From NCBI RefSeq assembly GCF_009914755.1, contig NC_060931.1: DNA of 64,000 nucleotides. One strand, given 5' to 3'. Below the pieces are notes generated by a model. The model made no database searches. It was not told where the DNA came from and worked only from the letters and a program-made list of their open reading frames with translations. Made by a program: the position numbers and the translations under genes. Positions 13,554-26,495 of this stretch are shown in pieces (position 1 is the stretch's first letter; each line of letters opens with the position of its first letter). This DNA comes from the human T2T-CHM13v2.0 reference genome, Homo sapiens.

Positions 13554-14419
13554 GCACTAGGGTTGGGGCACAAAGCTCCTAGGGTTGGAAGAGTGGCACA
13601 GCAGCCACCCACATGTGATGGCAAATTGTTCTTAGACCCCTAGAGGGGTCGCTGATGGGGTCACTCGGTACGGCGTTCACATAGTTAAAGGCTAGAGGTT
13701 TTTTAATGGGGCAGACCTAGTGGCAAGCCCTAAGGCAGCGAGCAAGTTTATTTTACCAAAGTAAAACTCCATTTCCTCATCTCTAAAATGAACATGAGAC
13801 GCCCCACTTCAGGAATTCTCTTGAAGACTAAAGACAACAGGTTTACAGTGTCTAGTCCATAATAATAAAAATGAAACAAAACAACAACAACAAAAATAAG
13901 TCTAATCCATAAAACTCTCAGTCAGTGAAATGCCCTCCCCTGCCCCCACTTTCGGTCCTCTCTGAAATCAGGAACCTGATCGGGCCCTCCCATTGTTAGA
14001 ACACTTCAGTGCCAGTCACGGCAGGAGGCTGGTTATCTGAAGGGCCTTCCCCAGTGCCAATCGGTTGGCAAGGTCCAGATCTGCATTGCAGATAAGCGCT
14101 TGATTACTGGGGACAGATTCTATGGAACTGCTCCCTTCATGAGAAACACCATTAACAACCCAAACTCACAAGCCCCAACCTTTCTGACACCCAGAGAGAA
14201 CAGCCAGGCTTTGCTCTTCAAGCCAAAACCTGGTATCTGATGCAAAACGAGTCTGGGATGGGTTTCAAAGCAGGAGTCTAGATTCCCCCAAAGCCCTGTG
14301 AGGGGCCACAGACACAGCTCACACAATGAAGCTTGGGCCATTCAGACCTGGGAAAGGTCAAGGCCAGGCAGGTTCTCATGTCCTTCTGCAATTAGAAACC
14401 TGCACCCCAGCAAAGCCCC

Positions 14420-14790
14420 CTGGTCTGGTTTGGGTGTGTCCCCCAGTGTTCATGTGTTGGAAACTTAATTCCCAATGCATCAGTGTTAAGAGGTGGGACC
14501 TTCAACAGGTGCTCAGGTCATGAGGGATGAGTAGATCAATGTGGTTATCAAGGAGTGGGTTTGTCATCATGAGTGAGCTGTTATAAAGGTGAGTTTGGGT
14601 CTTTCTTGCTCTCTCTCACCCTTTCTTTGCCCTTCCTCAATGGGATGATGTAGCAAGAAGGCCCCCACTAGATGTGGGTCCCCCAACTTTGGACTTCCCA
14701 GCCTCCAGAACTGTAAGAATACATTTCTTTTCTTTATAAATTACTCAGTCTGTGGCATTTTGTTACAGCAGCACAAAACAGACTAAGACA
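14420..14790 (+). mobile_element. MSTD-like MaLR solo LTR
   Basis: ggtttgggtgtgtccccc...ggacttcccagcctccagaactgt...cagcacaaaacagactaagaca. Confidence 0.85.
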
Positions 14791-15499
14791 TCCCCATCCC
14801 AGGGTTGGTTGGAAAGCCCCAGCCCTGTCCCACCAGGTCACAGTTCTCTTTGGTCACTAAGAATGCTCCTGATGCCTGCTTTGTTTCCTGGGACACGGGG
14901 AGACTTTCTTTTCCCGGTCCATTCTTACAACACAGGGCAGGGTTTCTATTTTTGTTGTAGAATAGCCTGTGCACAGGGCACAGCATTTTAATTCCTCAGC
15001 TAATAATTTGATTCCTCACCAATAATACTGCCAAGCAGTAAGTTTCTTTTTTAATGTTGTCATTTGCTGGTTTTTTGTCATGAGACCTCAAGGAACACAG
15101 AGGGACACTCTTTTTAGCCATCTGAGGGCTGGATGAATGGCTTTAGCTGCCAGCGCCTGCCCAGCTTTGTTTCCACTCTGCCCCTGGAAGGGAATCGCCC
15201 AGCAGGCTTCATCTCTGCCTCTGACCCTCCCACTCTTGTTCTGGAGCCTGCTCTTTTTGGGATCCTCCCGAAACCACAGGATTTTTCCAACGCAAAGGGA
15301 ACCTCCACCTGGGAAGCACCAGAAGCCCTTTCCCTTCACCCATCCTCCTGGCTCCTCCTTCTTCCAGTTCCTGAATCCAACTCTTCATGAAGCCAGGAAG
15401 GTCGCTGCCCACCTTTCCTGTCCTTCCCCTTGGCCTGCCCCAAGTGGGTGGAGTGGTGAGATAATAACTGCAGCAGCCCAGCTTCCAGGCATGGCTTTT

Positions 15500-15640
15500 T
15501 AATGTTTCCGAGGCACTGAGCAAAGTGCCCTCAATGCATTATCCCAGTCAACACTTAGCCCATTTTACAGAAGAGGAAAATGCAGCCCAGAGAGGTCATA
15601 GATGGGTTCCCTGGGCTCCAAGGCATTGAAACTCCAGCGG
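15500..15640 (-). mobile_element. MIR fragment
   Basis: cccattttacagaagaggaaaatgcagcccagagaggt. Confidence 0.65.
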
Positions 15641-16309
15641 GGTCGATGAAAGGGCAGGGGGCACTGGAGATTGGTGCTTTGCTTTTTAGACTTTGATGAG
15701 GGTTCAACAGGAAATGGAAAAGAGTGGGGCAGAAAAGCATGACCCTGCAGGGGCTTCACACTGCTATGGCGGTGGGGCCTCAGTTACCTATCTGTCCGGA
15801 CTTCTGGGAAAACACCTACACGGGCATGGGCAGGGGGTTCGAGAGTTGTCTGAGGCACTCCAAGGCTGGAGGCCCTCATTGGTGCACAGGAATCAGGTCA
15901 GGGCATGGCGAAACATATGGCACCGACACTGTTCACCAGACACACATTCTCCTCTTCCAGGTTGACCAAATTTTCCCTGCTTGCAGCAACAAGGAGCTAT
16001 AACAAGAAAGAAACACCCAGACCCTAGAGCCAACCCATCAACTATACTGTGTGAGCCTAAATCCACCCCCCTCCCGCCCCGCCAGAGTAGATGACAAACC
16101 CCCATACTCCTATCCCTCTGGTGTCCCTGTACTGCCCCCGATGGCCAGCTGCTTCTCCTGACTGAAGATGCTTATCTTTTTAGTGGTTTGGTAGGACTGG
16201 GGCTTCTGGCCATCCATTATTCTGCAGAATTACTAAATCCATTTTCTAATTCCCAGAGAGCTTGGCAATGATATCTTATTGATTTGATTATTTCCCTCCC
16301 TGCTGCTGA

Positions 16310-16631
<322 letters not shown>

Positions 16632-17559
16632 CTCCCTCTTTATCTGTGAGAACAGAAAGCGTACGGATGGATTGGTGGTTGGTGCCACCCAAACCCCTGA
16701 TCTCTCCACCAGCTCCACCTTCTCAGTTTTCTTCAGTGCAGGATTCCTGGGGTGGAAACCAGCCAGCGTGTCTGGATGGGCCTGCACGCCCCCTCCAAGT
16801 CCATTCATTGAACTAACTTCTGGTCTGGGCTGGTCAGTGCGATTCTGAGAGTCCTGCTCTCAAAGACACAGAAGAAGGAGCAGAGCCAGTCCTCACCCTT
16901 TTCCCAGGGAATTTTGGGGCAACTTAATGGCAGTGGATATTTTTAGGGAGGGAATGTCAATAAATATTAGTAATTATGATTGATATTAATTAGGATTGAG
17001 TTGTGGGACTATCAAAATGACTTGGTGGTGATTTCCCTCGTGGCAATAGAAATGCCTTTAGTGGAAGTGCATTTCTCTTCCACTCTGGAAACCTCAGAGT
17101 CAAAATCCCAGCAAGGGAAAGGAATTTCACAGTGGCATGCCTGGGCAAACTGATGGGCGAAAATACCATCAGCGCCATGTGCTTAGAATGAAAGCCCTCA
17201 CCCACAGTCGTCTGGGGGTTAGGATCCAGCCCTGGCTTAACAATGTGTAACTTCTCGGTGATTGTGGAACTCGGAGAAATTACACCCGTCATTTGATATC
17301 AATTACTATTCCAGCCTTCTCAGTTGAACTAAACTCCTCAGAACAGAAGATCTCCAGGTCTGTGGTAGTTTCTGCTACTTTAGGCTACTTTTTTGGGTGG
17401 GGCAGGGGGGCAAGATGAGGACATTCACAGCAGCCACTGTTCTTCTTTGTTCCAGTGATAGCGACACTGCAGCCATCTCCAGGGAACCAGTGGCCTGTTT
17501 GCTGTGTGTGCTTCCACACTGGCCTCCCACGTGCCAGCTGGTGTTACCTGCGTCGCTCA

Positions 17560-18480
17560 CTCCTGCTGCTGGAGTGGCTGCGTCAGCAGGGGGAGCTGAG
17601 AGCAGTTAAGTGGCTGGAACAGCCCAGGGAAGGAGGAGATCCCTGGGAAGCAAGATCGGAGTTCACATGGAGGACGCTGGAACCACAGAAGCATGTGTGT
17701 TTGTGGCAACCTCACGGCTCCACTGCTGGAGTTAATGATCCATGAGCAAAACACTGAGCCCATCCACACTGGCCGCTGGCGGATGGACACCGCCATGCTA
17801 GATCTGTGCGGTCGCCCGGGGAGCACCGGGCCATTCCTAACAAGCGTGCAGTCGAGATGCAGACAGGAAGGCCAAGGGAGGGAGAAGGGGGCTTCAGCAC
17901 ATGGCAGCGCGTGGCCCCTGGGCCCGACCCCTTCTCCGGCAGCGCAGCAGTCCTCCACCTTGTCTTGCTAATTCCCAGCCACTGCCCCGCCTCAGGCCAT
18001 CCTCCTGGCGGTCAGAGTGACCTACTCGACTGGCACTTCTGGTGTGTAGGAATCTCTGGTAGATCAAGTTAAAAGGCAGATTTTGAATCCCTGGATCTGG
18101 GGTGGGGCCTGAAATTCTGCATTTCTGAGGGGCTCCCAGGGAAGGCCAAGGCTGCTGGCCGGCTGAGGAGTTAACAGTGTGTGCTCTGGAGTCACGTGGA
18201 TTCCTGCTTGCCAGTAGCGCGCCTTGGAAAGTCACCCCGCCTGGCTCTGCCATTTCCTTCTCTGTACATACAGTGTTGTCTGCGGTGAGGGTGACACAGC
18301 TGAATAGGCACAATGGGCCGGACCAGTGCCGGGCACGCGGTGCATGCGAAGTCAGCAGTTATAACTGCTCGTCTGTGCTGCAACCCTGCAGTGCACCCTT
18401 CGCCTGCACAATAAAATCTACCATCAGCCACCACCGTGCCCTGCCCTCCCGTGCACCAGTCACCCTGAGCATTGTACGGG
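17560..18480. promoter_or_regulatory. Small CpG-rich, island-like element with CTCF-like, GC-box and E-box motifs
   Basis: 17 CpGs counted in 17761-18030; TCAGCAGGGGGAGC at 17583-17596; ccccgcct at ~17985; GTCACGTG at 18191. Confidence 0.45.
18065..18190 (+). mobile_element. MER5A-like hAT fragment
   Basis: ctggggtggggcctgaaattctgcatttct...ctcccagg...gctgctggcc. Confidence 0.6.
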
Positions 18481-18813
18481 AGTTCTGGAAAGGAGCAGAG
18501 TTTTCTCAAATGCAGAGTTGCCCTTGATTTTGAATGCCGTTCTCTCCCTGATCCCCCCAGCAAAGTCCTCCTCCTTCTTTTGGGCTCTGAGACCTCCAGA
18601 GCCACCTCCAGGAAGCTGAGAAGACAGGAAGTGTTTTTACTCTTTTCCATTCCCAGTTTTGTACATCACCTGACGTATACTAGGTTTTAATAAATGGTGA
18701 AAGAATGAATGAAACAACAAATACTTTAGGTCTTTCTTCTACAACTTCTTTGGCTGTGTTCTACCTAGAGAGGCTGAATCTTGACTGCTCATCAGTGCTT
18801 TTTAAGAAATCAA

Positions 18814-19140
18814 GGCCAGGCGCAGTGGCTCACACCAGTAATCACAGTACTTCGGGAGGCCAAGTGGGGAGGATTGCTTGATTGAGCTCAAGAGTTCAAG
18901 ACAAGCCTGGGCAACATGGTGAGACCCTGTGTCTACAAAAAAAAAATTTAAAAATTAGCCAGACACAGTAGTGTAGTCCCAGCTACTCAGGAGGCTGAGG
19001 CAGGAGGATTTCTTGAGCCTGGGAGGTCAAGGCTGCAGTGAGCCATGATTGTGCCACTGCACTCCTGCCTGGGTGATAGAATGACACATTGCCTCAAAAA
19101 AAAAAAAAAAAAAAAAAGGAAAGAAAGAAGAAAAGAAAAA
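18814..19140 (+). mobile_element. AluJ with an A/GA-rich tail
   Basis: ggaggattgcttg...ggaggtcaaggctgcagtgagccatgattg. Confidence 0.94.
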
Positions 19141-19239
19141 TAGAAACATTCACTTCCTAAAATACTGCCTCAACATATCTCATTCCAGACCTATTTTAAG
19201 AGGTGAGTCTCCAATGTGGACTTTTATTTAGCAAGAACA

Positions 19240-19465
19240 TTTGCTTGTTTATTTACTTATTTGTTTATGTAGTTATGTCAGTATGACTTTATACATTCTT
19301 ATTTTATTCAATGCTTTATAATCCATTACTATCACTATTCATTTTCATGCTCAAGTCATCCCAGACTTAGCTTTCAAGCTGGTTCTTGTGTCCTTTTGAC
19401 ATATCCCCATTGGTCTTTGACTAATTCCTTGCTTTTCTGTGCAATTAGACAACCCAGATTCATTT
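19240..19465 (-). mobile_element. Old L1 (L1MC-type) 3' UTR fragment, apparently inside a MER5-like element
   Basis: ataatccattactatc...ttcaagctggttcttgtgtccttttgacat. Confidence 0.6.
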
Positions 19466-20328
19466 CATGGGATGTGTATTTTTGACAAAGCACAATAGAT
19501 GATTCCAGTGCACACCTGGGTTTGGAAGGCATTATGCCAACAAGTAGCCTCAAATCACTAATAGGGCTAGCTCTGATTTCAGAGCCAGAACCAGTAGCAA
19601 AAGGAAGAGGGAGGTTCTTAGACAGGAGCTGGCTAAAGAGAGCTCAGTGTTCCCTAAGCCTCCTGGAAGCATCCCTAAAGATGGCTGGCTCACAGGCCTG
19701 GGGCACAGGTGACTCAGGTTCCCAGGTGTCACCTGCTTGGCCAGTTACAAGTGGCAATTGCCTGGCAGTGCCCAAGGCAACAACTGAGGAAAGTGGGGAT
19801 GAAGTGACACAGAGAAGGACTTTCTGGAGTAGAATGTGTTTCCCAATAGGTGGAGAGAAGTAACTTCACCTGCCTGCATGGGGCAGTGATGGTCATGAGG
19901 CTTAGGAGTGCCTCCTAAGGAATCAACTCCAGGATGTTTCCTGGGAAAGAAGAGGCTGGTGGCTTTTAGCGACAAACTGCATGGTTTTCCTCTGAAGGAG
20001 GTCAGTGCTATCACGAACAACTTGCACTAAACAGCACCTTTCTTCCAAAGAACTCAAGGTACTTTCACAAATGGTTTTCAAATAATTTTTAATGTGAAAG
20101 CATTTGTAAAGCTGGAATCAGAGATGAAAAAAATGTTTTTAAAAGACTTACAAATCTCTGGACTCTGTAAATCTAAAATTATTCCAAAATTAGGTCTTTA
20201 AAAAAAGACAATCATTTACAATGCCGTGGTAGCAAAAATTATGCCCTCCTTCATCCAGATGTTCCTAGAATTTGTAAATATGTTGCCTTAAATGGCAAAA
20301 GGAATTTTGCAGATATAATTAAGGATTC

Positions 20329-20814
20329 TTTTTTTTTTTTTTTTTTTGATACAGGGTCTTACTCTGTCATCCAGGCTGGAGTGCAGTGGAGCCATCATGG
20401 CTAGTGAGCCATGATGATTAGCTCTCTCTACCTCCCAGACTCAAGCAATTCCCCTGCCCCAGCCACCTGAGTAGCTGGGACTGCAGGTGTGAGCCACCAC
20501 ACCCAGCTAATTTTATTTTATTTTATTTTATTTTTATTTTTTTGTAGAGACAAAGTCTCACAATGTTGCCTAGGCTGGTCTTGAGATCTTGAACTCCTGG
20601 GCTCAAGTACTTCTGCAGCCTTAGCCTCCCAAAGTGTTGGGATTATAGGCGTGAGCTACCACATCTGGCCTTTTTTTAATTATTAATTTTTTGTTATTGT
20701 TGACTGGGTCTCACTATGTTGCCCAGGCTGGTCTTGAACTCCTGGGCTCAAGCAATCCTCCTGCCTCAGACTCCCAAAGTGCTGGGATTACAAGTGTGAG
20801 CCACTGCACCCAGC
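20329..20814 (-). mobile_element. AluJ plus an extra left monomer (trimeric arrangement)
   Basis: Full Alu at 20329-20670 and a further left monomer at ~20700-20814; taaggat-containing flanks on both sides. Confidence 0.9.
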
Positions 20815-21079
20815 AAAACTAAGGATCTTGAGATGAAGTGACGATTATCCTGAATTATCTAAATGTGTCTGATGTAATCACAAGAGTCCTTGTAAGAGGG
20901 AGGCAGAGGAAGTAGGAGATTTGATGATGGAAGGAGCGAGAGATAATTATTGGGAGATGCTACCCTGCTGGCTTTGAAGATGGAGGAAGGGGCCATAAGC
21001 CAAGTAATGTGAGCAGCCTCTGAAACCTGGAAAAGGAAGGAAAAGGATTCTCCCCTAGAGCCTCCAGAACCATGCAGCC

Positions 21080-23524
21080 TGATATGGTTTGGATATTTGT
21101 CCCCATCCAAATCTCATGTTGAAGTGTATTCCTCCATGTCAAAGGTGGGGCCTGGTGGGAGGTGTTTGGGTCATGGGGCCGATCCCTCACAGCTCAGTGC
21201 TTTCCTCACAATAGTGAGTGAGTTCTCTCGAGATCTGGTTGTTGTAAAGTGTGGCACCTTCTCTCTCCCCACTGTCTCTCTCACTTCCACTCCTGCCTGT
21301 TCCCCCTTTGCCTTCTGCCATGATTGGAAGCTCCCTGAGGCCTCCCCAGAAGCAGATGCTGGTGCAATGCTTCCTGTACTTCCTGTAGAACCATGAGCCA
21401 ATTAAATCTCTTTTCTTTATAAATTACCCAGTCTTAGGTGTTTCTTTATAGCAATACAAGAACAGATTAATACAGAAAATTGCTACTGAGGAGTGGGGCA
21501 TTGCTATAAAGATACCTGAAAACGTGGAAGTGGCTTTGGAATTGGGTAACAGGCAGAGGTTGTTGGAGTTTGGAGGGCTCAGAAGACAGGAAGATGAGGG
21601 AAAGTTTGAAGCTTCTTAAGAGACTGGTTAAATGGTTGTGACCAAAATGCTGATAGCGATATGGACAGTGAAGGACAGGCTGGTGAGGTCTTACATGGAA
21701 ATGAGGAACTTATCAGAAACTTAAGCAAAGGTCATGTGTGTTATGCCTTGGCAAAGAGCTTGGCTGCAAAGTGTTCATGCCTTGGGTATCTGTGACAGTT
21801 TGAACTTGAAAGTGATGATTTAGGGTATCTGGTGGAAGAAATTTCTCAGTAGCAAAGCATTCAGGGTGTGGCCTGTCTGCTTTTAACAGATGCCCAGATT
21901 CAGGCGCAAAGAAATGACTTGAATTTGGAATTCATAATTAAAAAGAGAGTGTAATTAAAAAGCAGAGTGTAAAAGTTTGAAAAATTTGCAACCTGGACAT
22001 GTGGCAGAGAAAGAAAAAGCATGATCAGAATAGGAATTCAAGCAGGCTGTTGAGCAACCACTCGCTAGCAAGATTTGGATATCTAAAAAAGAGCCAGGTG
22101 CTGATAAGACAACATGAAAAAGGCCTCAAAGGCATTCCAGAGATCTCTGAGGCAGCCCTTCCCTTCACAGGCTCTGAGGCTTAGGAGGGAATAATGGTTT
22201 CTGGGTCAGGCCCAGAGCCCCACTGCCCTGCCCAGCCTTGGTGCACTGTTTCCCACATCCCAGCTGCTCCCCTTCCAGCCATGGCTCAATGCGGCCCAGG
22301 TACAGCTCAGGCTACCATTTCAGAGGGTGCAAGCTATAAACCTTGGCTGCTCCCACATGGCATTAAGCCTGTGGGTGTGCAGAGTGCAAGAGTGAAAGAG
22401 ACTTGGCATCCTCCACCTAGATGGGAGTGTATGAGAAAATCTGGGTGCCCAGGCAGAAGCCTGTTACAGGGGTGGAGCCCTCATAGAGAACTTCTACTAA
22501 GGCCCCACATACAGAGTCCCTATTGGGCCACTGACTAGTAGAGCTGTGAGAAGGGGGTCACCATCCTCCAGACCCCAGAATGGTAGATACACCAGAAGAT
22601 TGCACTCTGTGCCTGGAAAAGCCTCAGGCATGCTCCAACCCATGAGAGAAGCCTGAGGCACTGAACCCTGCAAAACCACAGGAGCTAGCTGCCCAAGGCC
22701 TTGGAAGCCCACCCCTTGCACCAGTGTTCCCTGAATGTGGGGCATGGAGTCAAGGATTATTTTGGAGCTTTAAGGTTTAATGACTGCCCCACTGGATTTC
22801 AAATGTAAGGTTTAATGACTGCCCTACTGGGTTTCAAACTTTCACGGGGCCTGTAATCCCTTTCTTTTGGCCAGTTTCTCCCTTTTGGAATGGGAATGTT
22901 TATCCAACACCTGTACCCCCATTATATATTGGAAGTAAATAACTTGTTTGATTTTACAGGCTCATAGGTGGAAGGGACTCATCTTCAGATGAGATTTGGG
23001 ACTTGGACTTGGGACTTCTGAGTTAATACTGGAATGATTTAAGACTTTGAGGGACTGTTGGGAAGGCATGATTATATTTTGCAATGTGAGAAGGACATGA
23101 GATTTGGCGGAGGCCAGCGGTGGTATGATATAATTTGGACATTTGCCCCCACCAAAATCTCATGTTTAATTGTTATCCCCAGTGTTGGAGGTGGGGCCTG
23201 GTGGAAGGTGTTTGGGTCATTGGGGCTGATCCCTCATGGTTTGGTGCTATCCTCAGGATAGTGAGTGAATTTTCTCAAGATCTGGTTGTTGTAAAGTATG
23301 GCACCACCCACCCCCCGCCAGCTCCCACTTTCACCATGTGAGATGCCTGCTCCTCCTTTACCTCCTGCCATGATTGTAAGTTTCCTGAGGCCTCCCCAGA
23401 AGCAGATGCTGGTGCAATGCTTCCTGTACAGCCTGCAGAACCATGAGCCAATTAAACCTCTTTTCATTAGAAATTATCCAGTCTCGGCTGTTTGTTTATA
23501 GCAATGCAAGAACAAACTAATACA
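21080..23524 (+). mobile_element. Complete MST (MSTA/MSTB-type) MaLR element: LTR-internal-LTR
   Basis: 5' LTR 21080-21474, internal region 21475-23125, 3' LTR 23126-23524; 5-bp TSD cagcc. Confidence 0.93.
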
Positions 23525-24282
23525 CAGCCTGACTGACACCTTGATTTTAAGAACCATTTTGAACTTCTGACCTCCAAAAGTGTAAGATAAGTTAACTTAC
23601 ACTTGTTTTAAGCCACTAAGCTTGTAGTAATTTGTTACAGCAGAAAAACTAATACATTAATTTTAAAAGTTCTTTTATAATCTCCCCACTATTTTTCTAT
23701 TGACCAGCTTGCCTTTTAATCATGTCCTATTCCCTTTTCTGAACCATATTTCATAAACTGTTAAATGAAAATGCAGCTGTAACCAAAAATATTCTATTTC
23801 TTCCCCCACCACCCACCTTTTTGTTATTACCAATATTTGTTTAGCTGAGGGTTCCTATTTTACATAAACCTCATCCTCTTCCTAGTATCCCTGGAGCTTT
23901 TACCGAGTATCTTCTACTCTTCTTTGCTTGAATGCATATACAAATGGGCATTCCTTTGTGCCAGCGCTGTCAGCATTCCCAAACGCAGACTGTCAGCTGT
24001 CTCCAAGACATTCCTCTATGGATGGAGCATGGATCTCCTGCTCCACAAAAAGCTGTCCTGCTCTGCTGTGGGTAAATGGGCCCAGAAATGAAATTACTGG
24101 CATCCCAGACTTGATCCTGAAAATGATTCATAGTTTGAAATCCACTTCTCCTGTTCACACATAGCCATGCAGAAGCCACAATGACAGTGACATGTCTGGC
24201 ATGCCCGACAGCATATTGGCTCTGGAGAAATGCCCAGTTGAAGCCCTGGGTAGGCATTTATTGTTCATGAGGTCTACATTCT

Positions 24283-24414
24283 TTGTTTTTTTTTTTTTTA
24301 TAGAGGGTTTCACTATGTTGCCCAGGCTGACCTTGAACTCCTGGGCTCAAGTGATCCTTCTGCCTTAGTCTCCCAAGTAGCTGGGACTACAGGTGTGCAT
24401 CATTGCGCCTGGCT
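24283..24414 (-). mobile_element. FLAM (free left Alu monomer)
   Basis: Single monomer with a T-tail; TSD tctacattct at 24273-24282 and 24417-24426. Confidence 0.9.
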
Positions 24415-25204
24415 AATCTACATTCTATGTCATCCACAGATGCCCTAATTTCCCATTTACCCATCAGAGGCTTAGAGACTTCCCTGCCCAGGGGAGGAAT
24501 GGGCTTCAAATTAAGCAAATCAGTATGCAGAGCAGCCCTAATTAAATTATACTCCTGTGGCCAATCCCACACTACAGAATAAACTATATACCGCTCATCA
24601 AATCATCAACTTGCACGTGAATGTACAAAGGACAAATAAACATAATATGCCTCCCATATTCACTTCCAGGCCCCCCACGCTAATGGCTGGTGAAACCTTA
24701 GCCAGGTGGGGCTGTGAGGAATGTTTCATCCCTTCCCGTTGACAGTGTCTTCTTTCATTCTGTTGATTGTCTGTGGCCACACTTCCTTGTCGTCCTCCAG
24801 TCTGTCCTAGATGGCTCACCCCCTCTGCTGGGGCTCCAAATCCAATAGCAGACAAGGCTTCTTTCTGGCTACAATTGCTCAAAGGTCATAACTTCCAGGT
24901 CCCGTATTCAGGAGCCTTAGCTCTCCTGGTTGTTACAGGCTACTGCATGAGTCTGTGCAGATGTAGATGCTGAGATGAGAACTCTGTAAAGTTGGCAGCC
25001 CAGAGCCCTGAACCAGCCCCATGCTCTGTGATGCTTCCCCACCCCAACCATCCCATCTGTCTCACTTGTGTTGTATCTCTAGGAAGAAATTTCTTGTCCT
25101 TAGATTTATGTTGACAAAAATTTCCACGCTGAGTACAACTTGGAAAAGGGCCTGTGGAGAAGAAATAATAGATTCTGTGCTATTTCTTGTGTTTCGACAC
25201 GAAG

Positions 25205-25365
25205 CCTGTCCTGGAATCACCTGGAGGACGTACACAAACACACAGTGCCTGGGCTTCAACCGGGACCAAGCAAACCTGAAGCCGTGGGGGTGGAGGCAGA
25301 CACGGACATTCTCATAAAGCTGCCCAGGCAACTTTAAAGAGAGCCAGTGCTGAGAGGCCAGTGCA
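25205..25365 (+). mobile_element. MER5A/B-like fragment
   Basis: gaatcacctggagg...gcctgggc...aagctgcccagg...agccagtgctgagaggccagtg. Confidence 0.55.
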
Positions 25366-26495
25366 GGGGCGAAGTCTGGGGAGGGCAGAGATGTCCAAGA
25401 GTGGTGAGGTGCAGGGGCTCCCCAGCCTGGAAAGGCACTCGGATGAAGCTCCCCCCAGTTCAGCTCCCCTGGACTGCACCCTCATCCTCTGCTTTGCTCC
25501 CAGCTCCGGGCGGGCAGCCCTGGTTCTCATGGCTTTGTCTCCTGCTCCACCCACCCCTTTACATAGGTGACCTTGTTTTCCTTCTGGTTCTGGCTTCAGA
25601 TATGACTTATCAGCACAGTTGCACATGCAGGTTCCTGCCCGACCAGCCCCCACCCCAACCCAGCCTCCCAGAATCCTGCAAGGCAGCCCAGGGTTACTGC
25701 CCGGGGCAGCCTCCCGCTTAACTGGGAGGGAGAACTCATGAGATTGTGGATCATTTCCCTCAGAACCTCAAGGACATCTCGATGAACCTGCAAGGCCTAA
25801 TAGATAGGAAGAAAGCACGAGGGGTTTGTTGAATGTGAAAACAAACATAAACTCAAAAACCTAATTTAAATCATTGATTTCAACTTGATCCTCTACCCAA
25901 GCCCTTACCAAATGTGCTATCAAGTGGCTAATATGATTGCTCTGGACTTCTTTTGAAGATATGTCACCAAGGGGGAAAGAAGACATGGGGTGGGGGCTGG
26001 TGTACACAGCAGCTGTGGGTTACTGGGAGAACTGGAGTCTTTTCTGAATTAAATACAAACATTTGAAGGTGCAGGTTAAGTGGGGATGGTGGAGTTAGCT
26101 GTAGGTTCTTTCAAGGTCCTAGCTCTTGTTCTGGGTGATGGTCTTGCAGTCCTTATTACATTAAAGAATGAAGCAAAAAGCCTAATCAGGTAACAGCAGG
26201 CCAGACGGGGACCAATGATTTCAGTGTGCTCTGAAGAAAGGATGGTGATGAATCCATATGCCAGTTTTGTGGACCTGAGGTGCAGAAAATGGAGCATGGG
26301 AACACACTGCAGTAGTCCGGGTCCCAAGTGGCCATAACAAAGTCTTTGCTGAGGGGTAGAGAGAGGGGCTTTGATATGGTTTGGATCTGTGTCACCACCC
26401 AAATCTCATGTGTAATTGTAATCCCAGTGTTGTAGATGGGGCCTGGTGGGAGGGGATTGTATCATGGGGGTGGATCCTTCATGAATGGTTTAGTA

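Larger units (their letters stand above)
20225..23656 (+). mobile_element. MLT1D LTR split by Alu insertions and an MST element
   Basis: Collinear pieces at 20225-20328, 20815-21079 and 23525-23656 (tggcaaaaggaattttgcagat / ctttgaagatggaggaagggg / ttgttacagcagaaaaactaataca). Confidence 0.85.

Noticed and set aside
18205-18225. gccagtagcgcgcc as a CTCF site
   Set aside because: It lacks the core GG-GGC spacing and is a poor match.
17375-18690. Cluster of 90-150 aa ORFs in the GC-rich region
   Set aside because: They overlap on both strands, show no recognisable domain and are expected from low stop-codon density.
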